Assembly (NCBI GenBank): GCA_023391315.1
Contig: JAEWBD010000420.1
Location: 1-57,403 of the forward strand
DNA: 57,403 nucleotides
Direction: 5' to 3'
Source: Bacteroidota bacterium
GTDB lineage: Bacteria > Bacteroidota > Bacteroidia > Chitinophagales > Chitinophagaceae
Below the pieces are notes generated by a model. The model made no database searches. It was given only the letters and a program-made list of their open reading frames with translations, and was not told where the DNA came from. The position numbers and the translations under genes were made by a program. Position 1 is the first letter of the stretch; the number at the start of each line of letters is the position of its first letter. Below, piece after piece: positions 49,266-57,403 of this stretch.

Positions 49266-50816
49266 ATGTTCCAATCATTCATGAAAAAAAATCTTTTGCT
49301 AATTGCCGGCATTATATCAATTATTGATTTTGTTCAATGCAATAAAATTGGGAACCCTGTAACCTATATGCCGCCTGCAACAGATACTGTTTATTATGAT
49401 GAAAGCAGCGATGATTTCGCCAATCCTGAACGAGGCTTTTATCGTGCCACAGAAACTTATGTATCAAACTACGAACCACTCGATGTGGAGACGATGAAAA
49501 CCTGGCGCAGCCTGCAACAAGCTGATGATGGCAATTATAAAGTATATAGCACGCTGGTGTTCAGGAATATAATTTTAGATGGATTTACTAATAAGAATTT
49601 AACGCAGGATGTTCTGAACAATATCGGAAACGATTTTAAGGCAGCCCGTGAAGCAGGTCTTAAGCTCATCGTTCGTTTCTGTTATACTATTACAGCTAAC
49701 AGCGGCGCCTGCCCGGAAGGTTTTATATGCCCCCAATATGGTGACGCACCAAAAAATATTGTACTGGCGCAGATAGCGCAGTTAAAACCCATACTGCAGG
49801 ATAATGCTGATGTTATTGCCTGCATGCAGATGGGGTTCATAGGTACCTGGGGTGAAAATTACTACAGCGATTATTTTGGCGACCCCTCATCAAATGGAAA
49901 AGGAAAATTATTGGATAAGAACTGGAGCGATAAGAATGAAATATTAAAAGCCTTACTATGTGCATTGCCGCAAAGCCGCATGATACAGGTGCGCACGCCG
50001 CAAATGAAACAACGGTATGTGTATGGCGTTAACGCTCCAACATCATCCGCAGCTTTAACCGATGCACAGGCTTTCGATGAAAGTGATGCTGCCCGCATCG
50101 GGTTTCATAATGATTGCTTTCTTTCATCGCCCAACGATTACGGCACTTATGATGATTATGGCAATTCATCATCGCCGCGTGCAGACGCCTATTCCATATT
50201 GCATTTGTATTCGGCGGCAGATGGGAAATTCACGGTTGTTGGCGGCGAAACCTGCGATGATACTTACAGCCCCGAAAACAATTGTGAAAACAGCGGCAAG
50301 GCACAAACAGAAATGGCGAATATGCATTACAGTTTTTTAAACTGCGCTTATAATAATGATGTCAACAACGACTGGCAAACAGAAGGTTGCATGGATGCCA
50401 TTAAAAAGAATTTAGGTTACAGGTTTGTTTTAAGAGATGGTGTTTTTCCAAAAGAGCCTGTTAAAGCAGGCATGCAGTTGCCATTTACGCTGAACATTAA
50501 TAATGTGGGTTATGCTTCGCCATATAATGCGAGGCCTGTGCAACTCATCATGCGTAATCAATCAACCAGGCAGGAATTTGTTTATGTGATTGATACTGAT
50601 ATCAGAAAATGGTATAGTGGCTTAACTTCACTTACTGTAAAAATTGTAACACAAAATAATATGCCGGCCGGCATTTATGATTTGTTTTTAAATATGCCCG
50701 ATGCATACGCCTCACTTTCGTCAAACCCTGCTTATTCCATTCGCCTGGCAAATACAAATGTTTGGGAAGAAACAACAGGTTACAACAGTTTGAACAAATC
50801 TGTAACAATACAATAG
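49266..50816 (+). CDS. DUF4874/DUF4832-type lipoprotein, putative glycoside hydrolase
   Basis: NPERGFY, GFIGTWGE, RIGFHNDCFL, GGETC, LGYRF motifs recalled for this family. Confidence 0.72.
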   Translation: MFQSFMKKNLLLIAGIISIIDFVQCNKIGNPVTYMPPATDTVYYDESSDDFANPERGFYRATETYVSNYEPLDVETMKTWRSLQQADDGNYKVYSTLVFRNIILDGFTNKNLTQDVLNNIGNDFKAAREAGLKLIVRFCYTITANSGACPEGFICPQYGDAPKNIVLAQIAQLKPILQDNADVIACMQMGFIGTWGENYYSDYFGDPSSNGKGKLLDKNWSDKNEILKALLCALPQSRMIQVRTPQMKQRYVYGVNAPTSSAALTDAQAFDESDAARIGFHNDCFLSSPNDYGTYDDYGNSSSPRADAYSILHLYSAADGKFTVVGGETCDDTYSPENNCENSGKAQTEMANMHYSFLNCAYNNDVNNDWQTEGCMDAIKKNLGYRFVLRDGVFPKEPVKAGMQLPFTLNINNVGYASPYNARPVQLIMRNQSTRQEFVYVIDTDIRKWYSGLTSLTVKIVTQNNMPAGIYDLFLNMPDAYASLSSNPAYSIRLANTNVWEETTGYNSLNKSVTIQ

Positions 50817-50878
50817 AATACCGGCTCTGTAAGCTTGCATTATTGCAGGCGTTAAAAGGGCAACAATTAATTGCCGTT

Positions 50879-50970
50879 AAAAAACAAGCATCGCATAGAC
50901 ATGCAACGCCAATCGTCTTATGAGAAAAATCACACCACTCTTAATATATTTTCAACAGTTATACTTAAAT
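50879..50970 (-). ncRNA. Candidate orphan small RNA
   Basis: Minus-strand TAGCTTTG box (50977-50984), no ORF downstream, then hairpin gcgttgcat-gtct-atgcgatgc plus ttgtttttt. Confidence 0.4.
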
Positions 50971-51128
50971 ATGAAGCAAAGCTATTGATGCTTTATTCGC
51001 CATCGTTTACCTGCCGGTTAAGAATAAATGAAGCAATGATTAAATTATCCATTGAAACAAAAACATAATTTTTGTTTAATAACCGATTTGCATTTTTTAT
51101 TTATGATGTTTGCAGAAAATATGGAAAG

Positions 51129-52229
51129 ATGAACTGGTATAATATAAAAAATATTGAAACAGTTGATTCGCCTGCATTGATCGTTTATAAAGAACGGGTG
51201 CAGCAAAACATTCAGTCGGTATTTAACATGCGGGAAGCAGCTTTTCTTAGGCCACATGTAAAAACAAACAAGATGGCTGAGGTTTGCAGCATGATGCTGA
51301 GCGCAGGCATTACAAAATTTAAATGCGCCACCATTGCTGAAGCGGAGATGCTGGGCATGGTAAAAGCGCCGGATGTTTTGCTCGCTTACCAACCCACACC
51401 CGTAAAAGCCAAACGGCTGGTAACGCTTATTAAACAATACCCGTCAACGAATTTTTCCTGTTTAATTGACGATGCGGATAATGCAGAAAACATTTCCGAT
51501 ATTTTTTGGGATAACGATATTTCTCTTGATGTTTTTATAGACGTGAATGTTGGCCAGAACAGAACCGGCATAAAGCCATCGAATGCTTTTGATCTTTTTG
51601 AAACCTGTATGGATTTGAAAGGCATTCATATTACCGGCCTGCATGTTTATGACGGGCATATCCGTGATACAGATGTTGATGAACGGAAGCAAAAAACAGA
51701 TACAGCTTTTCAACAGGCTGTTGAACTGTCAGAAAAGATAGCGTCATCCTTCAATATAAAATTAAAGATGGTTGCAGGCGGCTCACCAACCTTCCCGGTA
51801 CATGCCCAACGCAAAGATGTTGAATGCAGCCCCGGCACTTTTGTATTTTGGGATTATGGCTATAAAACACAATTTCCGGATGAACCTTTCGATTATGCAG
51901 CATTGGTAATATCAAGGGTTATTTCTATAGTTGATGAACATACTATTTGTATTGACCTCGGCCATAAATCGGTTGCCGCAGAAAATGTAATTGAAAAGCG
52001 CGTTCATTTTTTGAATGCAGAAAATGTACAACCGCTCGGCCAAAGCGAAGAACATTTGGTGTTGAAGGTTGAAGATGCTGCGTTATACAAAGTAGGCGAT
52101 ACGCTGTATGGTGTGCCATATCATATTTGTCCTACTGTAGCTTTGTATGAAAGGGCCATTGTTGTTGAAAATAACGAGGCGGTTGATGAATGGAAAGTGA
52201 TTGCGAGGGACAGGAAAATAACTATCTGA
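51129..52229 (+). CDS. D-TA family PLP-dependent enzyme (D-threonine aldolase/D-serine dehydratase-like)
   Basis: LRPHVKT (PLP Lys), KCATIAEAE, YDGH, DLGHKS, SEEH, PYHICPT; ATG 51129 preferred. Confidence 0.9.
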   Translation: MNWYNIKNIETVDSPALIVYKERVQQNIQSVFNMREAAFLRPHVKTNKMAEVCSMMLSAGITKFKCATIAEAEMLGMVKAPDVLLAYQPTPVKAKRLVTLIKQYPSTNFSCLIDDADNAENISDIFWDNDISLDVFIDVNVGQNRTGIKPSNAFDLFETCMDLKGIHITGLHVYDGHIRDTDVDERKQKTDTAFQQAVELSEKIASSFNIKLKMVAGGSPTFPVHAQRKDVECSPGTFVFWDYGYKTQFPDEPFDYAALVISRVISIVDEHTICIDLGHKSVAAENVIEKRVHFLNAENVQPLGQSEEHLVLKVEDAALYKVGDTLYGVPYHICPTVALYERAIVVENNEAVDEWKVIARDRKITI

Positions 52230-52343
52230 GCAGGGAAAAAATTTTTGGATTGACGGGATAGAAAAACCATTTAGTTGCTACACAAGGTCTTTAATAAAAA
52301 AATCAGTATAATCTTTAAATCATTCAAAATCCAGGTTCAGACA

Positions 52344-53408
52344 ATGTTTACGATAGATGCACATTTAGACCTTAGCATGAATGCCATGGAATGGAACCGC
52401 GACCTGCGCAAAACTGTTTTTGAACTGCGGGAAAGTGAAGCTGGTTTAAACGATAAGCCCGACAGGGCAAAAGGAACAGTTGCTTTTCCTGAATTGCGAA
52501 AAGGCAATATTGGTTTGGTTGTCGCCACACAAATTGCCAGGTATGTGGCGCCTGGAAGTCCTTTACCCGGCTGGCATTCGCCGCAGCAGGCATGGGCGCA
52601 AACACAGGCCCAGCTTGCATGGTATAAAAGCATGGAAGAATGCAACGAAATAAAAATGATAACAACGGTTAATGCATTAAATGAACATATTGAAGTATGG
52701 ATAAATGATGATACTCAAAAACCTATTGGTTATATTTTAAGCCTGGAAGGTGCAGATTCACTGGTTGATATAAGTTATGTGGAGCGTGCATATAATTATG
52801 GATTACGTGCTATCGGGCCGGCACATTATGGACCCGGCCGTTATGCCAATGGTACGGACGCAACCGGCCATTTGAATGAAGATGGGAAAACCTTGCTGAA
52901 AGAAATGGAACGATTAAATATTATTTTGGATGCAACGCATTTATGTGATGATGCATTTTGGGATGCAATGGATTTATTTCAAGGGCATGTGTGGGCAAGC
53001 CATAATAATTGCAGAAAATTCGTGAACCACAACCGTCAATACAGCGATGAACAGATAAAAATTTTAATTGAACGTGGTGCTGTTATTGGTGGTGCGTTTG
53101 ATGCCTGGATGCTGGTGCCTGGCTGGAAGCGCGGCGTATCAACACCTCAATCAACCCATTGCAATATGGAGAAGGTAATTGATAATATTGATCATATTTG
53201 CCAGTTGGCAGGTAATGCTTTGCATGTTGGTATTGGCAGCGATTTGGATGGCGCTTTTGGCAAAGAGCAATGTCCTTATGACCTTGAAACAATTGCAGAC
53301 CTTGATAAAATTCCTTCTTTGTTATTGCAACGTGGTTATTCAAATCCTGATATTGAAAATATCATGCATGGCAACTGGCTTAGGTTTTTGCGCAAAGCGT
53401 GGGGTTAA
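52344..53408 (+). CDS. Membrane dipeptidase (peptidase M19)
   Basis: DAHLD, SLEGAD, DATH, ASHNN, GIGSDLDG, GNWLRF; ATG 52344 preferred. Confidence 0.92.
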   Translation: MFTIDAHLDLSMNAMEWNRDLRKTVFELRESEAGLNDKPDRAKGTVAFPELRKGNIGLVVATQIARYVAPGSPLPGWHSPQQAWAQTQAQLAWYKSMEECNEIKMITTVNALNEHIEVWINDDTQKPIGYILSLEGADSLVDISYVERAYNYGLRAIGPAHYGPGRYANGTDATGHLNEDGKTLLKEMERLNIILDATHLCDDAFWDAMDLFQGHVWASHNNCRKFVNHNRQYSDEQIKILIERGAVIGGAFDAWMLVPGWKRGVSTPQSTHCNMEKVIDNIDHICQLAGNALHVGIGSDLDGAFGKEQCPYDLETIADLDKIPSLLLQRGYSNPDIENIMHGNWLRFLRKAWG

Positions 53409-53587
53409 TAATGTATTTCAACAAATAACAGATTATCGCAGTATGCTACTTGTTACAACTTTAGCGGTGGTAAAATTGTGCCGCACAGAGTATGAGAGCT
53501 GGCTGAGCAATAATAATATCGCTTTTGACCCTGTGTTCTCTGTGCGACAATCAAAACATTTAATTCAGAAAATTATAAGCGAGGCCA

Positions 53588-54940
53588 TTATTTATTTTCA
53601 TTCATGGCTGTAACAGGTGTATCCCTGAAATTATTTGGTGACGGTTTATTCTTATCACGTTCAAGATCGTTCTTATTGTAGGTTATCCGGAAGATAGTGC
53701 CTTTATTGTCATCGCTTACATATAAAGCGCCATCGGGCCCTTGCGCCAAACCGCATGGACGATGAACAGCACGGCCACTTGCTGTACTGTCGGCGCCGCC
53801 GGAAAAGCCATCTGCAAAGACTTCCCAGTCTCCATCGGGCACACCGTTTTTAAAGGGCTGGAACACTACAAAGAAACCTGCCTGTGGCTCCGGCGAACGG
53901 TTCCATGAACCATGAAAGGCAATGAAAGCGCCATTTTTATATTTTTCAGGAAACATATCTCCGGTATAAAACAACAGGCCATCGGGCGCAAGGTGTGCCG
54001 GATAGGCAGCAACCGGGTCAATAAAATTACTGTCTAATGTTTTTTCGCCATCACCGCCATATTCCGGCATTAATATTTTTTTCTTTTTGAAAGGATCATA
54101 ATAGATATAAGGCCAGCCTGCATTATCTCCATTGTTTAGAGCATACATGCATTCAGCCGGCAACTGCGCACTTTGTTTGTCATTAAAATATTTGGGAAAT
54201 AAAGTGCTGAGCTGGTCGCGGCCATGCTGCATTACAAATAACTTTTTAGCCGCATCATTCCATGCTATGGCAACCACATTGCGCAGGCCTGTTGCATAAC
54301 GAACGCCATCGCCGTATTGCTGGTCTTTTTTATCAGCGCTGAACATCCATACGCCACCTGCTGAATCAAGCAAAGGGCAACCCGGCATACCCATGGAACC
54401 CGGCGTTCTGTCGTTTTCCTGGCAGGAATTGGACGGGCAGCCAATAGGTATAAACATATTGCCTTTATCATCAAACATAATAGACTTGGTTGCATGCTGA
54501 TTCCTGTCAATTAAACCCGTTACAATACGTTCCGGTTTTGACGTATCGGTAACATGATTATCTGCATCCAGCTTATAACGGAATATTTCCGTGTTGGAAG
54601 CGGTATATAAATAACCATCATGTATCTGAACACCCGTGCCACCAAAATCTCCGAAGCCATACAGCAGTTTTCCTTTGCCACCCTCCTCATGCAATAATAA
54701 AGTGCCAACGCCTTTTACCGGCTGCGCAAGCCGCACATAAATATCATTTTGCGGCGTTACAATAAGGTGCCTTGCACGGCCAAGAGAATCGGCAACTATA
54801 TTGGAAGAAAACCCTGCCGGCAATGTAAGGCCGCCATCGTTTAATGAAGAAACTTCTTCTTTGGTATTGGTATTACAGGAACCAATAAGCACAAGCATAA
54901 AAGCTGTACATGCAAAACGAAAGATTGATGTGAATTTCAT
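53588..54940 (-). CDS. Glucose/sorbosone dehydrogenase-like beta-propeller lipoprotein
   Basis: GSC lipobox, ATGLRN, GWPY, AHLAPDGL, AFHGSWNR, RPCGLAQGPDGALYVSDD. Confidence 0.88.
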   Translation of the reverse strand: MKFTSIFRFACTAFMLVLIGSCNTNTKEEVSSLNDGGLTLPAGFSSNIVADSLGRARHLIVTPQNDIYVRLAQPVKGVGTLLLHEEGGKGKLLYGFGDFGGTGVQIHDGYLYTASNTEIFRYKLDADNHVTDTSKPERIVTGLIDRNQHATKSIMFDDKGNMFIPIGCPSNSCQENDRTPGSMGMPGCPLLDSAGGVWMFSADKKDQQYGDGVRYATGLRNVVAIAWNDAAKKLFVMQHGRDQLSTLFPKYFNDKQSAQLPAECMYALNNGDNAGWPYIYYDPFKKKKILMPEYGGDGEKTLDSNFIDPVAAYPAHLAPDGLLFYTGDMFPEKYKNGAFIAFHGSWNRSPEPQAGFFVVFQPFKNGVPDGDWEVFADGFSGGADSTASGRAVHRPCGLAQGPDGALYVSDDNKGTIFRITYNKNDLERDKNKPSPNNFRDTPVTAMNENK

Positions 54941-55117
54941 GTATGATATGTTATAGATTATGATTATACAGCAACGCTAAGCCGGCATAAACTTAGCAAT
55001 AATTCAACGCATGTAAAAATTGAGAGGATTATAAATTGTTTACCAGTAAGTGAACTTCGTGCTTCTTCATATTCTTTGAGTCTGCGCGGTACAAAAAAAT
55101 AATCAAACAAAATAGTT

Positions 55118-56446
55118 TTAATGCGCATTACTTTCAACCCTGTTAATACAATTCATCAACGCACGGAAAACATGATAAGTACCTTTCCAGATATGCGCTT
55201 TCAATGCTGTTTTACGCTGTGGTTCGTTATCCAACCCTTCTTCATACCAATCACCATGTTCATGGTCTATTAAATAAGTTTGCGCATATTGCCATTCCTT
55301 AAAAAACTTTTGCCTGTATTGCATTGCATCTTTTGGATACATGTAAGAAAACAGTTGCAATGTATTCAGCGCTTCTGCCTGCGCCCACCAGTTCTTGCTT
55401 TTGTTGATGATGGTACAGCCCGGTTTATCCTTGAAATAATATCCTTCATCATAAAAACCACCAAGCGAACTATCCCATCCATTGTTTAGTGCATGATCCA
55501 CCATTTTCTTGCCAATTGCAAGTGTTTTATCATCAGCCTTGCCATATAAAATTTCTGAAGCTTCCTGCATTAAATAAGCTGTTTCCACATCGTGCCCGAA
55601 TGAAACATGATCAAGGAATTTATGTTTCAGGATAGATTGCTCAGATGAATCGCGGAACGTAACAGGTTTCCAGTCGTATGTAAAAAATAATTGCAGGTAA
55701 CCCTTATCTGTTACAATCTTATCCCTTATCAGCCGCAGCATTTCTTCCAGCCTTGTTCTTACGAGGCTGTCAGGCCACACTTTATACAACTCAGTAAATG
55801 CTTCAAGCAGATGAATAGAACTGTTTTGATCTTTATAGCCAACATCAGAAGTGCTTTGCACATCAACCGTTCTTTTTACACGGGAACCCTCCCTGTTTAA
55901 ATGTTGATAATAGCCTTTATAAATTGAATCATGGCTGTTTTTTTCAAGCCATTTAAAACCTGCCTTTGCAAGATTTAAAGCAGCGGTATCATGCGAACAT
56001 TCATAATAAGCACTTAACCCGTAAATGGCAAATGCGTTGCCATAAGCTTCTTTAATGGTGCTTTTGGGTGTGCCGTCTCTTGTAACGAGATTATAAAAAC
56101 CGCCATAAGTTGCATCCCACATTTTATCACGCAGGAAATAAAATCCATGACGCGACATTGAAATATAAGTTGTATCCTTATAAAACATAGCCGCCTTTGC
56201 TGTTGACCAGATATGCCTTGCCTGCGTTACGATCATTTTATCCTGTGTGCCGGCAGCCTTAAAATCGTATGTGAAAGTGCTGAGGTAGCCGCCGTATAAA
56301 GTATCTGTATTTTGCGGATAATATTTATCGAGCAAACCTTGCCTGGCGGCATACTGCATTTGCGCTGCGATGGTATCAAGGTTAGTTGTTTGAGCAGAAG
56401 ATACTGCCGGCAGCAACGAAACAAAAATGAATGATCGTAATAGCAT
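55118..56446 (-). CDS. AGE family epimerase (cellobiose 2-epimerase-like) with signal peptide
   Basis: QARHIW, YGNAFAIYGL, NSSIHLLEAF, SFGHDVETAYL, WWAQAE, WKGTYH; ATG 56446 preferred. Confidence 0.88.
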   Translation of the reverse strand: MLLRSFIFVSLLPAVSSAQTTNLDTIAAQMQYAARQGLLDKYYPQNTDTLYGGYLSTFTYDFKAAGTQDKMIVTQARHIWSTAKAAMFYKDTTYISMSRHGFYFLRDKMWDATYGGFYNLVTRDGTPKSTIKEAYGNAFAIYGLSAYYECSHDTAALNLAKAGFKWLEKNSHDSIYKGYYQHLNREGSRVKRTVDVQSTSDVGYKDQNSSIHLLEAFTELYKVWPDSLVRTRLEEMLRLIRDKIVTDKGYLQLFFTYDWKPVTFRDSSEQSILKHKFLDHVSFGHDVETAYLMQEASEILYGKADDKTLAIGKKMVDHALNNGWDSSLGGFYDEGYYFKDKPGCTIINKSKNWWAQAEALNTLQLFSYMYPKDAMQYRQKFFKEWQYAQTYLIDHEHGDWYEEGLDNEPQRKTALKAHIWKGTYHVFRALMNCINRVESNAH

Positions 56447-56565
56447 TTGTTTAAGTTTTAAATCAAACAACAATATTTTTTTATTAAAGCACAAACATGT
56501 TCTTGATTAAACTGTGTAGTTATGTGTATGCACACAGCAAGTCTCTGGCCCGGATGTTATTTAAA

Positions 56566-57403
56566 CTAAATCACAAACTCTCCATCTCTATAAATTATTT
56601 TTTCCGCACCATCTTTTAATAAAGCGGTTACGGTCCTGTTATCCGTACTTATAATATCTGTATGCACTTTGGGGCAGGAATTATAGCCCATAGCCGCCCA
56701 CTCCTCTTCAGAAATTTTCATCATATCGCCGGGATAAGTGTCTTTATAAGCATTACCCAATGCAATATGCGTGTTGCCATATTCGCCGCCCATATTTTCA
56801 TCAAACAATGTAGTGGCCATAAATTTTGTAATGCGGGAATGACGTTTATCTGTCAATGAAAATTCGCCCACTTTATCAGCATTTTCCTGCGCAATCATTT
56901 CTTTTAAGGCATCTTCATTTTCCGTAGCCGAAGATTCAACAACAACGCCCGCTTTAAATTTTAATGAAACGCCTGCAATACGTTTTCCTGAATAATAGAG
57001 TGGTTGGTTAAACCTTATAAACCCTTCGGTTCCGCGCCAGTCGGGCGAAGTAAATATTTCAAAGCTTGGAATGTTTTTGCCACCGCCGCTTAACCATTTA
57101 CGGTTGTCACCAATCTTTATCGTTAAATCAACGGCCTCACCTTTTATAAACAGTTTCTCAATTGGCAGGGCGTCTAATTTGTCTTTTATCGTTTCAATTT
57201 CCTGTTGCACCTGCCTCCATTTTTGCACAGGGTTATCATCTCTTAAATAACAGGCTTCAATTATCTGTTCCCAATAATCTTCCAGTGAAAGTCCGGCTTC
57301 GTCGGCCATAGATTGCGTGCCATATAAACAAAGCGTCCATGATAATTTACCTGCCTGTTCTTTCTTTTCACGCATGGCCATATATGGCGCCCTTGCACTG
57401 TTC
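56566..57403 (-). CDS. Aminopeptidase, peptidase M29 family (5' end outside the window)
   Basis: NIPSFEIFTSP, GEFSL, TLFDEN, HIALGNAY, VHTD. Confidence 0.92.
   Translation of the reverse strand, partial: NSARAPYMAMREKKEQAGKLSWTLCLYGTQSMADEAGLSLEDYWEQIIEACYLRDDNPVQKWRQVQQEIETIKDKLDALPIEKLFIKGEAVDLTIKIGDNRKWLSGGGKNIPSFEIFTSPDWRGTEGFIRFNQPLYYSGKRIAGVSLKFKAGVVVESSATENEDALKEMIAQENADKVGEFSLTDKRHSRITKFMATTLFDENMGGEYGNTHIALGNAYKDTYPGDMMKISEEEWAAMGYNSCPKVHTDIISTDNRTVTALLKDGAEKIIYRDGEFVI

Noticed and set aside
50871..51068. 65-aa plus-strand ORF
   Set aside because: TTG start, no recognisable features; overlaps the candidate minus-strand promoter/terminator unit.
53179..53613. 144-aa plus-strand ORF
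   Set aside because: Out-of-frame overlap with the M19 dipeptidase and an intergenic repeat.
1..57403. CRISPR array, rRNA, transposase or prophage; the many short antisense ORFs in the track
   Set aside because: No repeat-spacer array or mobility motifs seen; the short ORFs are shadows of well-supported genes.

Overview
AT-rich bacterial DNA with Bacteroidota hallmarks (SusC/SusD pair, T9SS C-terminal sorting domain, TAnnTTTG promoter boxes), probably Chitinophagaceae-like (inference). Left to right: (1) 1-6.5 kb, mixed genes: partial S8 peptidase, alpha/beta hydrolase, GNAT plus a GNAT remnant, AAA ATPase and MATE pump (each with a candidate leader-peptide attenuator), CoA-binding protein, tRNA-Arg(CCT). 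(2) 7-17.4 kb, a stress/dormancy-like module: OmpR-family two-component pair, hpf, degenerate RIC/hemerythrin, SPFH, USP, acnA, FMN glutamate-synthase-like protein and Rnk/GreA; its three promoters share four heptamers at 11-bp period ending exactly 10 nt before the -7 box. (3) A 2110-aa T9SS-secreted multidomain hydrolase and a LytS/LytTR pair. (4) A Crp-cobA / nirB-nirD-FNT-porin nitrite cluster. (5) An AgaR-type galactosamine/GalNAc PUL with no agaA but a signal-peptide amidohydrolase beside a GH36, interrupted by an AT-rich orphan gene. (6) A candidate orphan sRNA, D-TA PLP enzyme, M19 dipeptidase, sorbosone-dehydrogenase-like lipoprotein, AGE epimerase and a partial M29 aminopeptidase. 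No CRISPR, rRNA, integrase or transposase was seen. All calls are by eye, without database searches.
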